Assembly: GCA_045531205.1 (NCBI GenBank)
Contig: JAZSDN010000042.1
Span: forward strand, 26,590 to 90,589
Direction: 5' to 3'
Length of the DNA stretch: 64,000 bases
Source of the DNA: Clostridia bacterium
GTDB lineage: Bacteria; Bacillota; Clostridia; UMGS1883; UMGS1540
The translations under genes and the position numbers were made by a program. Numbering within the stretch: the stretch's first letter is position 1; the number at the start of each line of letters is the position of its first letter. The notes under the pieces are model-generated. The model was not told where the DNA came from. It did no database searches and saw only the letters and a list, made by a program, of their open reading frames with translations. Of the stretch, positions 47,593 to 56,963 are shown in pieces.

Positions 47593-50500
47593 TAGTCTCG
47601 ACCTCCTCTTCACCAGATGTATCTGCTTTACTAGATGCATTTCCTTTACCAAATCTATTATCGCAATAAGCATTACCATCTAACCAAAATATTTTCGTCC
47701 TTTCGTTTTCAAAAGGAATCGCTGTTCCATCGGCATCGACAGAAACTTCTTTAATTGGGTCTTTTGGACTGTATCTCCAACTCCAATCGCTTATTTCTTT
47801 TACTTGATACTTACCTACAGGCAGATCCTTAATAGTTACACTATCGTTTCCATGGATGACTACTGTAATACTGATATTTGTATTGTTTGCATCAATACCT
47901 GTAACCTTAAAAATGAAACTTTGATTTTCGTCAATATCGTCAGCTCCCGACTTAGTTATGGTTAGATCAGCTAAAGCTCGTTTATAATAAAATGTATAAA
48001 CATTTAGCTCGGCCTTATCACCTTTCTCTATTTTTATATTAATTGAACCTGAATCACGAGAAGAAGTGTAGCCGTTAATTTGCTTTGCGTTTTTCACAAC
48101 CTGCGCACCATAACGGGCAATATCTCTTTCAGGTTCTGCAAGCACCTTATCTGTACCTTCCTCAACAAACCTGAACTCATACGGATACAGGTTTCTGTTA
48201 TAATACAGTTTTAGAACCAATCCTTCTGCTGTAACCGTACCAGATACTGTTGAGTTTCCTGTTTCAGGTGTAACATCTTTATCATTCGCAGTTGCACGGA
48301 TAAAATTGAAGCCATCAATCAGTAGGATAGATGCACTAAATTCGCCATTAATTGCAGTGTTTAAACTTGAAGTATTCTGATACACTGTATATCCTTCACC
48401 CTCTATATTTTGAATATAGTGGATTACTTGAACTGGAGCATGTTCAGTATCTTTAATATAATAAAAAGTAATTATGTTTTCCTGCTCATTGGCAGACAAC
48501 ACCAAGGTTTTCTGATAAGCATCAGGCATATATCCAGATATTATTTCAAAAGTCTCTGTTACAATGGCTTTAGTTGTCACAGAGTTTTTATCAAATTCGA
48601 GCTGTTCACCTGTCGCTTTATCAATATATCGCACTGTATAATTGACTTTATCTTTTGCAACATATACAAATGTAAATATGTTTTTCGAAGCATCATCCGC
48701 ACTCAGTGTAATGGAATGACTGCTTGTTTCGGGAAAATATCCTTCACGATACTCTTCATTAAGGTCATCTCCTGCTTTTGCAAGAAAAGTTTTTGTTGTT
48801 CCTGCCAATGCCTGACCTGTTGTTGAAGGTGCAATATAAATGAGTTTTTCTCCTTCTTCAACAGCATATTTAATTGTATAATTTACTAATACATTCGATG
48901 ACCATTTTCCATAAAGTACAAGGTCCTGATTAACAGGCATTGAAAAATCAAAAGCTCTTTCTTTGCCGTCACTTCCCTCGTAGAACCAACCCACAAATGA
49001 ATAACTGCCATTTGTAGGAGTTTCTGGTTTTTCTGCAAGGGATCCATGTGAAACTGTTTGAGTTTCACCTATCTGCTTATTAAGATCGTTAGTTTTGAAT
49101 ATCTTGACAGTATGTGTTTTTGGTGTCCATTTTGCATAGAGTGTTAAATCGTTTGCAGGCATCTTTACAGTCTCAAAATCAACCTTTGTATCACCGAAGA
49201 AGGGAGACTCGTACCAGCCTTCAAATACATATGCATCGGGTTCAAAATTTACAGGATAGTCTGGGTTAAAATTGTAACTCTTCAGAGGCGCCTCATACTG
49301 CACTCTGCCACCCGCATCAGATACAGTTGTACCATGATTGGAGAAAGTTAAGTTATAAGAAACACGATCATAATACAGATAATTCACATGGTCATAGCCA
49401 TTTCCAGAACCACCAAGTTTTGCGCTGTCTTGATTGTTCTGATAAGTACCAAACGCAGGATCCGCATTGCTCCGACTTCTGCTAAATCCGTCTATATTAT
49501 GGTATTCCTCTTCATAGGTAATATAATTAAAATTATGCTCAACGGACTTCATAAGTTTATATGTTTTACCATTGAATGTTCGGGTAGTTAATCCCGACAA
49601 TTCTTCACCATTGACAATTTCAACATAATAATATATCACACATTTCGTGCCTCGATTTTCACCAGTAAACGTTACATCATTGCCCGGCATAACGTCAAGC
49701 GTCTGCAATGCATAGCCATATGTATCGCCGTCTTTATCTGTCCATGAATATCCACTATATGAAGTACCATTTTCACTCACTATAGGAAAGTAGTGAGAAA
49801 TTTTTGACTCATATTTACGGTTAACTACCTTAACGATGCTTTTTGAGCTAGCATTTTTACAGCTGTTGTTGTGCGTATGTTCAATTTTTTCACAGTCATA
49901 ACAAACAGTGCTGTGAGTGTGTTCGTATCCATATGTACACTTATTTGTATTTGCTGGAGAGTAAGCACTATGATTGTGCCTCCTAGCATTACAACATTCA
50001 TCACAAGAATGTTGGTGTTCAGGCAAAGTACAAACAATCTTGCAGTTGTCATGAGAATGTTCCTCTAAAACGCAAAGTCCATCAGCTTCAAATATTAAGT
50101 TATATTTATTTCTTGTATAATAAACATTCACAACAGTTGAACCATCCCCCTGAACGGTAACATTTTCATCTGCATGAGAATATGTGAAGTGTTCATCATC
50201 TCTTTCAGAAAAATCACGTTCTTTATACTCAACACCATTGACTATCGTCCCGGATTCAGCTGGCACATTTTCTAACACACCAGCCTGAGAATAACCGTCA
50301 TCATCAGCATTTTCATACCAAAAAACAACATCAAAAGAAGTGTCTCCAACTGTCCACTGTGCCGTAAACCGTTTATTTTCTGCAGGCATGGTGTCAGGAA
50401 TTGGGCCGTCCCAACCTGTGAAAGAATAGCCAGGTCTGTTAGGTGTACCCACACTAATGGGTGTGCCATATCGGGCATAAATGGGTTCTACACCATATCC

Positions 50501-51946
50501 GCCACCCAAATCAAATGACATTAAATAATAATAACGATCATAATATATCTCTACTTCAGTACTTCCGTCTGCAGCAATTTCAAGAGTAGTATCATAGTTA
50601 TAAGCATAAAATCCTTTGTACTCTTTTTTTAGATTTTCACCAACTGTTGAACCCGTATAACCTTGCATCGTTTCGGTTTCGTCTAATATGTAATAATCAT
50701 TTTCTGCATTTTGTTTGTAATGATATACTTTAAATTCAACTTCTGCCGGATAGTATGTAACAGTATAAATTTCATCTTGTGTAATCGAAGAAATATCAAT
50801 AGTACAAGAATCCTCTTTGGGAGCAAATCCTTTTACCATAGGGTTTTGTATAGTCTCTTTTACCTCTGATCCTTTTGGAAATGTTCCGGACCATGACGGA
50901 GCTGCGATTTCGCCATTTTGATACACATAATTTATAATGACAGTATAGGTTTCAAGTTCACTTCCAGAATCTCCGTTTTCATCAGCAAGCATAACGCCAT
51001 TAACCTCGTCTGCATTTGAAAAAGTGCTTAATTTCATTATACTATATTCTGCATTCGCACCATTTTCAATTGGATTATTATCACCATCAAGGCTGTCATT
51101 CTCAATCGTTAATTCTGTGACATCTTCGTCATCACTGTGAATCTCATAATCTGTGGGACTTCCATTTTCTTGAGTTTCGTCTTCATCGAGTTTATCTTCT
51201 TCATACGGGATTACAGTTACTTCAATTGGGTCACCCTCAATTACCTTTGAGGATTTTCTTGTTGTAAGTCTTATTTTGGCTTGAAATTCATCTAGTACAG
51301 TAGCGACAACACCATATGATAGTAAAAATTCTGGTTCATCTGCTCCATAAATGTCAATCCAGGTTTCGTCAATGAAAATCTGCCATTGATAATCCACATC
51401 ACCAGACAAAGAACTTTCGCCAATGAGCTTTTTCTTCTCATATTGTGGCAACTCTATTTGTTCCCCAACTTCGTTACCTTCTTCATCAATAACAGTAATG
51501 TTGTCTTTTTCAGTTATCTCTATAATAAGTGAATCGTATGCATCAGCATCTTCGCCTAGGTAATTTTGAAATACCCAAGGATACTCAATTAATTTCTCCG
51601 GCGCCTCACAATCCGGAGCGGCCTCTACTTTATACCAAAGACAAGGTAAATCCCCTTCATTATTAGAAATATGGTAATCCGTAATAACAACTTTAAATCC
51701 TTCTTCCAAGTCTTCCTCAATAAGTTGATATTCTGTATCCCAAGATAAATTAGAAGGATCATCACTTACGGGGAAATAGTCATAGACATCAGTATTGAAT
51801 GTGGCTATACAACCAATATTCTTTTCATATTCAATTGTTTCTGAATATGCCATAGCAATAAGACTATTAAACAAACTTGTAACCAACATCGAAATTACGA
51901 GGAATACTGATATTGCCCTATTCTTTATATTGTTTTCTCTAATCAT
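47585..51946 (-). CDS. 1453-aa secreted surface protein with Listeria-Bacteroides (Flg_new) repeats, a His/Cys-rich repeat region and a C-terminal CnaB/prealbumin-like domain
   Basis: N-terminal signal ending SLIAMAYSE. Repeats GYSFTGWDGPIPDTMPAENKRFTAQWT, YVFEGWYESPF...LTLYAKWTP and YSFVGWFYEG...LVLYGKWS. EHSHDNC, EHQHSC, EHTHSTVC and EHTHNNSC cluster. C-terminus ...VTIKDLPVGKYQVKEI... with no LPXTG. Confidence 0.7.
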   Translation of the reverse strand: MIRENNIKNRAISVFLVISMLVTSLFNSLIAMAYSETIEYEKNIGCIATFNTDVYDYFPVSDDPSNLSWDTEYQLIEEDLEEGFKVVITDYHISNNEGDLPCLWYKVEAAPDCEAPEKLIEYPWVFQNYLGEDADAYDSLIIEITEKDNITVIDEEGNEVGEQIELPQYEKKKLIGESSLSGDVDYQWQIFIDETWIDIYGADEPEFLLSYGVVATVLDEFQAKIRLTTRKSSKVIEGDPIEVTVIPYEEDKLDEDETQENGSPTDYEIHSDDEDVTELTIENDSLDGDNNPIENGANAEYSIMKLSTFSNADEVNGVMLADENGDSGSELETYTVIINYVYQNGEIAAPSWSGTFPKGSEVKETIQNPMVKGFAPKEDSCTIDISSITQDEIYTVTYYPAEVEFKVYHYKQNAENDYYILDETETMQGYTGSTVGENLKKEYKGFYAYNYDTTLEIAADGSTEVEIYYDRYYYLMSFDLGGGYGVEPIYARYGTPISVGTPNRPGYSFTGWDGPIPDTMPAENKRFTAQWTVGDTSFDVVFWYENADDDGYSQAGVLENVPAESGTIVNGVEYKERDFSERDDEHFTYSHADENVTVQGDGSTVVNVYYTRNKYNLIFEADGLCVLEEHSHDNCKIVCTLPEHQHSCDECCNARRHNHSAYSPANTNKCTYGYEHTHSTVCYDCEKIEHTHNNSCKNASSKSIVKVVNRKYESKISHYFPIVSENGTSYSGYSWTDKDGDTYGYALQTLDVMPGNDVTFTGENRGTKCVIYYYVEIVNGEELSGLTTRTFNGKTYKLMKSVEHNFNYITYEEEYHNIDGFSRSRSNADPAFGTYQNNQDSAKLGGSGNGYDHVNYLYYDRVSYNLTFSNHGTTVSDAGGRVQYEAPLKSYNFNPDYPVNFEPDAYVFEGWYESPFFGDTKVDFETVKMPANDLTLYAKWTPKTHTVKIFKTNDLNKQIGETQTVSHGSLAEKPETPTNGSYSFVGWFYEGSDGKERAFDFSMPVNQDLVLYGKWSSNVLVNYTIKYAVEEGEKLIYIAPSTTGQALAGTTKTFLAKAGDDLNEEYREGYFPETSSHSITLSADDASKNIFTFVYVAKDKVNYTVRYIDKATGEQLEFDKNSVTTKAIVTETFEIISGYMPDAYQKTLVLSANEQENIITFYYIKDTEHAPVQVIHYIQNIEGEGYTVYQNTSSLNTAINGEFSASILLIDGFNFIRATANDKDVTPETGNSTVSGTVTAEGLVLKLYYNRNLYPYEFRFVEEGTDKVLAEPERDIARYGAQVVKNAKQINGYTSSRDSGSINIKIEKGDKAELNVYTFYYKRALADLTITKSGADDIDENQSFIFKVTGIDANNTNISITVVIHGNDSVTIKDLPVGKYQVKEISDWSWRYSPKDPIKEVSVDADGTAIPFENERTKIFWLDGNAYCDNRFGKGNASSKADTSGEEEVETNE

Positions 51947-52559
51947 TTACCAAATTCTCTCCTTCCGAATTGCTTGGCCAACCCTTGATATCTTTAACAC
52001 TTCCACCTTCGGGAATAGGATTGTTTGCTGTTTGCACCGCCTGTGCGTTGATAATTATTTTAGCTGTACAATTTTGATATTCATTTCCCATATTGGGGTT
52101 GAATTTCACTTCTTTAAAAAGTTCCTCTGTTAGCTGTTCAGGTTCAACGGCTGTTTTATAATAATAATATCCGTCACCGCCATCTATCCATCCATCAAGG
52201 ACAGAGTATTCAATGACTTTTTTGTTATCTCCTATTGTCAGGGGAAGAGATTCACCAGCAGGATTTGTAATAGTGGATTCTACATTAATCCGTATCCAAG
52301 CCTCATTGCTTCCTGCGTTTTTTACTTGTACAATTTTAGAGACTGTTTTCCCGGGCATTACACCTTTAATTCCTTCTTTTGGAAAATCAACTAAAACATC
52401 ATTACTCCCCTGTGTTTTTTCTATTACTTCAATATTAACACCTCCGGAGGTTATTATATTGTGTGCCACCTCTTCGTCAGTAAAATATGCTAGCGTACCT
52501 GATATTGCAACAGATAAACATATACCAACAATAGCATACAGAAATATTCTTTTCTTCAT
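51939..52559 (-). CDS. TasA/camelysin-like protein (paralog 4)
   Basis: MKKRIFLYAIVGICLSVAISGTLAYFTDEE signal. GVMPGKTVSKIVQVKNAGSNEAW motif. GGAAGGAG RBS. Confidence 0.65.
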   Translation of the reverse strand: MKKRIFLYAIVGICLSVAISGTLAYFTDEEVAHNIITSGGVNIEVIEKTQGSNDVLVDFPKEGIKGVMPGKTVSKIVQVKNAGSNEAWIRINVESTITNPAGESLPLTIGDNKKVIEYSVLDGWIDGGDGYYYYKTAVEPEQLTEELFKEVKFNPNMGNEYQNCTAKIIINAQAVQTANNPIPEGGSVKDIKGWPSNSEGENLVND

Positions 52560-52607
52560 ATTGTCGCTCCTTCCAATGACATTCTGCATATTATTAATTT
52601 GTTAGTT

Positions 52608-52661
52608 GCAGTTCACATAAGAACATTTGAACCGAAGCTCAAATGCTCTTATGTGAACTGC
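52608..52661 (-). promoter_or_regulatory. Large intercistronic stem-loop (23-bp stem, 22 of 23 paired) between TasA-like genes 3 and 4
   Basis: GCAGTTCACATAAGAACATTTGA-accgaagc-TCAAATGCTCTTATGTGAACTGC. No U-tract follows on the transcribed strand, so an mRNA stability or processing element is more likely than a full terminator. Confidence 0.5.
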
Positions 52662-52724
52662 TCCAAAACGGAGCAGTCCTGAACAAGACACTTTAGTTTG
52701 TAAGTTAATGTACGAATTTGTTTT

Positions 52725-53462
52725 TTATTGAGCAGGAACAACTGCTGTCCATTCCACATCATATGTACCGGGAACACCAAACTGGGTATTCAAAGCTTCA
52801 TAAGCTTCTTCAAATCCTGCTTTCTGGCCACCTTCCGCAGCAACAAGAATCTTTGGTGTTTCACCAAGAACATTGATAATTTCTGTCATCTGCTCATTGG
52901 TAACTTCCTTATCAAGATATACCTTGTTGATTGCAGTTGTAGCTGTAGTAACTTCGCTACCTAAAATACTTTCGTATGTGGCAACATAAACATTGTATAA
53001 GATTCCATCAATCTCCTGCTGATACATATTCCATGCACCACCATTTTCAGGATAACCAGGACCGTATGATGAATTGCCGTCTACATTTGTTTTGTGCCAA
53101 TTCCACTGACCGTCTGCCAATGATTCTTTATTAAAGTTCCAATGAAGTGTGTTGTTGTATGCTGCAAACTGTGGTTGATCTTCACTACCGCTATCAAGCA
53201 TTGAAGGAATAGCGATATGAACACGAACATATGCATCTTCTGAACCTGTATTTTTTACTGTAACTTCTTTTTTGATGTCAATACCAGGCATAAGTTTAGC
53301 ATTTTCTGAATCGAATTCTTCTATCAGATCAATTTTTACATCTCCAGTTGTAAATACATTAGTTGCTGTCTCTGTATCTGTGAAGTAAGCCAATGTGCCA
53401 CCGATGATTGCAACAGCAGCCAATGAAATTACTACACAAAGGGCTAAAATTTTCTTTTTCAT
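52725..53462 (-). CDS. TasA/camelysin-like protein (paralog 3; candidate major subunit)
   Basis: AAVAIIGGTLAYFTDTE SipW-cognate signal. LMPGIDIKKEVTVKNTGSEDAY. Followed by the stem-loop. Confidence 0.65.
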   Translation of the reverse strand: MKKKILALCVVISLAAVAIIGGTLAYFTDTETATNVFTTGDVKIDLIEEFDSENAKLMPGIDIKKEVTVKNTGSEDAYVRVHIAIPSMLDSGSEDQPQFAAYNNTLHWNFNKESLADGQWNWHKTNVDGNSSYGPGYPENGGAWNMYQQEIDGILYNVYVATYESILGSEVTTATTAINKVYLDKEVTNEQMTEIINVLGETPKILVAAEGGQKAGFEEAYEALNTQFGVPGTYDVEWTAVVPAQ

Positions 53463-53515
53463 GACTATAATCCTTTCGTCAAATTTTCTTTTACACTCAC
53501 CAAGGAATACTTAGA

Positions 53516-54142
53516 TTAGTTTGCATTGTTTGCAATCCCTTGCGCTTTTGCCCATGCTTCTGCAGGTGTAAATGGTGTGTTATTTGTTTTATTGAGTTGC
53601 ACTGCATAGGCTGTGAATGTGAGCGTAGGCTGGTTTTCACCATTGATTGCATTCATCTGTGCTTTTGTAACTTCAGGTCTTACAAGAACTTGGTTGTCTT
53701 CCCAAGTGAAATTCCCATCCTCACTACTTGTGTACTCGCCTGATGCTAAAAGTGAAAATTCCCTTGTTGTATCTTCTGCCTTAACTGTTCTGTAGTAAAC
53801 ACCATCTTCAAGTTTAGTCCAATCTGCAACTATTTTATAATCCGCCAAATATGTATCGTAGTTTATTGACTTGTCAATCTTTACAAACAGATAACAGTCT
53901 TCACTACCCTTTGCAACAGAAACTTTAGGATCCTTGTCAATAGTATGACCGGGAATCATCTTATAATCTTCTGTCGTCTCGTTTAAGGTAATTTCGATGT
54001 CGCTGTCGGTAAACACATTTGATACGGGCTTAGTATCATCAATTAACCACGCCATTGTACCACCGATTGTACCGCCTAAAATAAGTACCGCCGCCAGAAT
54101 AACTGCAAAAGCCTTATAGCTAATTCCAACATTCTTCTTCAT
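53516..54142 (-). CDS. TasA/camelysin-like protein (paralog 2)
   Basis: GGTIGGTMAWLIDDTK signal. YKMIPGHTIDKDPKVSV. Confidence 0.6.
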   Translation of the reverse strand: MKKNVGISYKAFAVILAAVLILGGTIGGTMAWLIDDTKPVSNVFTDSDIEITLNETTEDYKMIPGHTIDKDPKVSVAKGSEDCYLFVKIDKSINYDTYLADYKIVADWTKLEDGVYYRTVKAEDTTREFSLLASGEYTSSEDGNFTWEDNQVLVRPEVTKAQMNAINGENQPTLTFTAYAVQLNKTNNTPFTPAEAWAKAQGIANNAN

Positions 54143-54218
54143 GTCATTTCCCTCCTTTCCTGTTGATATTTATTTCATTAGAACGAAATTGTGTTTCATC
54201 CTTAGAAAACATATTTAA

Positions 54219-54860
54219 TTATTTTTTAAATGCTGCCCATGCTTCGTCTGCATTAGCAAATCCATCTGCCTGAATTGCGTGTGCTTCGACCTCAATTTTA
54301 AGCTCTGAAATTGTTGCAAGCTGTTCTTTAGTAATATCACCAGGAACCTTGATCGTTTCAAACAAGTCATCAAGCACAACATCTCCGTCTGGTGCTGCAA
54401 CAGTCTCTTTGTAACGGAACTCATAAGAACGAGTGTCATCTGCATTTTCTGTCTCGCCATAAAGAGTCCATTCTGCACTTACACCGCCAAAGAAATCACT
54501 AAGAGGTAAGCCATTTGGTGCAAAAATAGCATCAAGATCTTTTTGCTCGTTGATAGTAACAATCATTCTTACATATGATTTTTCGCTATCTTCTAAAACT
54601 GTCACTGTGGGATCTTTAAAGTATGTGTGTCCCGGAATCAAGTGGTATTCATTTTCTGCAACACGATTTCCATGATCTGTTGCATATGTACCATCAAGAT
54701 TCACTTTGGCTTCGTCAAGTTCAATATTGACTTTACCAACTGTGAATGTGTTTGTTACTGTATCGCTTGATGTGAGATATGCCATAGTGCCAAGAACAGA
54801 AGCGACTACGAGCAATACCGCACAAAAAGTGAATAGTAACGCTTTCTTTGTTGTTTTCAT
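54219..54860 (-). CDS. TasA/camelysin-like protein (paralog 1)
   Basis: VVASVLGTMAYLTSSDT signal. HLIPGHTYFKDPTVTV. Confidence 0.6.
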   Translation of the reverse strand: MKTTKKALLFTFCAVLLVVASVLGTMAYLTSSDTVTNTFTVGKVNIELDEAKVNLDGTYATDHGNRVAENEYHLIPGHTYFKDPTVTVLEDSEKSYVRMIVTINEQKDLDAIFAPNGLPLSDFFGGVSAEWTLYGETENADDTRSYEFRYKETVAAPDGDVVLDDLFETIKVPGDITKEQLATISELKIEVEAHAIQADGFANADEAWAAFKK

Positions 54861-54909
54861 ACGAAAACCTCCTTAAAAATAATTTATAGGGAGCCTTGCG
54901 GCATTGCCC

Positions 54910-55485
54910 TCATTTTGATGAGACTTCTGTCTCATTATCTAAGTCGGAAGCGGCATCATTTTCTTTTTCTTTTTCACTTTTGCTGTCAAATAATAAATCA
55001 GGAATAAAAAGCAAAAGAAGCAACACCGCTCCGACAGAGATAGCAATATAGGTTCCGGGTGGATTTTGGATAAAATCTGCAAAATATCCGAGGTATGGAA
55101 TTGAGAATATTGGCGAACCAATAACATTCTTATAATGAACAAGGCCTCCATCCACCGAATCGTTTGCATCACCTTTGGTTTTATATCTAATTACTGTTGA
55201 TTCTTCACTGTCTGGAACCACTTCAACAATACGATGCGTAGCAACCGTATCTTCATCAAGCATAAAGGTTATAGGATCTCCTGCCTGCAGTTTGGATGTG
55301 TCAACCTTTTTTACATATATTAGTGATCCAACATGATATGTGGGTTCCATCGAACCGGATAATACTGTAAACACCTGTAAACCAACAAATCTTACTCCAA
55401 CAAGCAGAATTGATATAATAACAGCTATTGTTACGATAACAGTTGTAGCTGCATTCCATATTTTTTTAATCTTTTGTTCCATCAT
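54910..55485 (-). CDS. sipW: Signal peptidase I, SipW (archaeal/eukaryotic-type)
   Basis: SGSMEPT catalytic Ser box. ...ATHRIVEV... GDANDSVD. N-terminal and C-terminal TM segments. Confidence 0.8.
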   Translation of the reverse strand: MMEQKIKKIWNAATTVIVTIAVIISILLVGVRFVGLQVFTVLSGSMEPTYHVGSLIYVKKVDTSKLQAGDPITFMLDEDTVATHRIVEVVPDSEESTVIRYKTKGDANDSVDGGLVHYKNVIGSPIFSIPYLGYFADFIQNPPGTYIAISVGAVLLLLLFIPDLLFDSKSEKEKENDAASDLDNETEVSSK

Positions 55486-55724
55486 ATAACCTCATTTTTA
55501 ACTCTTTCATAATTCGAAAAGAATTTTGCAGCTTCTTCCAAAGTTTCAAAATTCACTGTCTTTTGGTATAGATATTCTGCCATATCATTTAATTCTGATA
55601 ATGAATAATCAGCGACATCAATCTTTCTCATTATTGTTTTTGCCAATTCATTCTCTGTTCCAAAACGCAAATCTGATATGTATTGACATCCAATTCTGGT
55701 TTTGAGTTCTTCAAATAAATCCAT
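55482..55724 (-). CDS. Small acidic cytoplasmic hypothetical protein (80 aa)
   Basis: ORF sits between the regulator and sipW. No recognisable domain. Confidence 0.35.
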   Translation of the reverse strand: MDLFEELKTRIGCQYISDLRFGTENELAKTIMRKIDVADYSLSELNDMAEYLYQKTVNFETLEEAAKFFSNYERVKNEVI

Positions 55725-55753
55725 ATTTGCCTCCGTCTTTCTAATTAAAGAAA

Positions 55754-55993
55754 TTATCTTCTGTAAATTTTTAATATGATTCTACCGATAATTGGAATAT
55801 GACTAATATAAAATTCTCTTAGTATGTGTTTCCAATACTCTCGCTCTTCGCCATCGCTTCTTTGAATCTCCATTTTTATGTAGCTTCGTTCATCCTGATA
55901 TGGAATCCAAACATTAACTATGAAAGCCAAAACGATTAATGTGCCAAATAAAAGTAAAAATATTAATAATAAAAAATCGTATGTCTCATCCAT
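55754..55993 (-). CDS. Small single-pass membrane protein
   Basis: MDETYDFLLLIFLLLFGTLIVLAFIVNVW TM helix. Confidence 0.35.
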   Translation of the reverse strand: MDETYDFLLLIFLLLFGTLIVLAFIVNVWIPYQDERSYIKMEIQRSDGEEREYWKHILREFYISHIPIIGRIILKIYRR

Positions 55994-56055
55994 ATTTGCC
56001 TCCGGTGCCATATCATTAGAATGTGCTTTTTATTTATGAGTGATGTTCATTCTGT

Positions 56056-56613
56056 TTATTTTTGTAGTTTATTTACTGTTCTTTCATACAGATTTTCAAG
56101 TAACATTTGAGTTTTTTCCCTATCATCCCATATAGCGTAATCAACAACAAACGAAATAATAGAATAAATAAATGTTTCTGCATCCGCATACGAACAACCG
56201 AACAGCGAAACAAGTTCATTTGCGTATTTGTCATAAAAGAACCTAAAGTCCTTTGCCTTATCTCTCATTCTTTCGCCAAACACAGGACTTGTTGTTAATT
56301 GAATGGCTGTCCTCAGCTCATACTTGTATTTTTCCACTTCATCGAGTACGGTGTCAAAATAATGACGAATGTTGGCCCTGTTGTCCAAGGTATAACCAAT
56401 CAGTGCATCAACCACCTTTGACAGTCCATATTTTCCTGCACTTATCCAAATGTCGTCTTTATTCTCAAACCAATGATAGAGACTGCTTTGAGCAAGTTTT
56501 GTTTCCCTGCATAATTCTCCAATTGAAGCATGTGCCAACCCGGTTGTAAGCAAGTACTGCCATGTGGTTTTTATGATTTCCTTTTTTCTGTCGGACAGAT
56601 TATAAGTATCCAT
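56056..56613 (-). CDS. TetR/AcrR-family transcriptional regulator
   Basis: N-terminal HTH TTGLAHASIGELCRETKLAQSSLYHWFENKDD. Start at the internal ATG (56613); the upstream extension in the ORF track overlaps the operator. Confidence 0.7.
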   Translation of the reverse strand: MDTYNLSDRKKEIIKTTWQYLLTTGLAHASIGELCRETKLAQSSLYHWFENKDDIWISAGKYGLSKVVDALIGYTLDNRANIRHYFDTVLDEVEKYKYELRTAIQLTTSPVFGERMRDKAKDFRFFYDKYANELVSLFGCSYADAETFIYSIISFVVDYAIWDDREKTQMLLENLYERTVNKLQK

Positions 56614-56690
56614 TTCTTCCTGCCCTTTCTTGAAATTCTTGTCCCATATTTCGACAAAGTACTGTTCATTACAAAAGATGTTAAAAAAAT

Positions 56691-56718
56691 CACCTTGCAA
56701 CATAATTGAAATTATGTG
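56691..56718. promoter_or_regulatory. Palindromic operator-like site (CAACATAATT-GA-AATTATGTGG) downstream of the TetR promoter
   Basis: 10-bp inverted arms within the 29-bp repeat CACCTTGCAACATAATTGAAATTATGTGG. The minus-strand promoter TTGACA-17/18-TATAAT lies at about 56741-56775. Confidence 0.5.
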
Positions 56719-56844
56719 GGGAAAGACATCGCAGGTACATACTAAAAGCTTAGTAATTATAACACTTTTAGGAGGCGTTTGTCAATGGTTTGCAACTATT
56801 TTATAAAAATTCGTTATAATATTGAAAAACAGACATAACAAAAA

Positions 56845-56879
56845 AGACCGGTTATACAAATTTTACAATGCCCGGTCTT
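56845..56879 (-). terminator. Intrinsic terminator of the recombinase gene (AAGACCGG...CCGGTCTT followed by TTTTTTG on the minus strand)
   Basis: Hairpin plus U-tract on the minus strand. Confidence 0.7.
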
Positions 56880-56963
56880 AATGTTGTGTTTTATTTTAAA
56901 TAAAAGTAGATTAATTAATATCTTTTCTTCTTTTTTGAATGACTCTTATTTAAAAACACTTAT

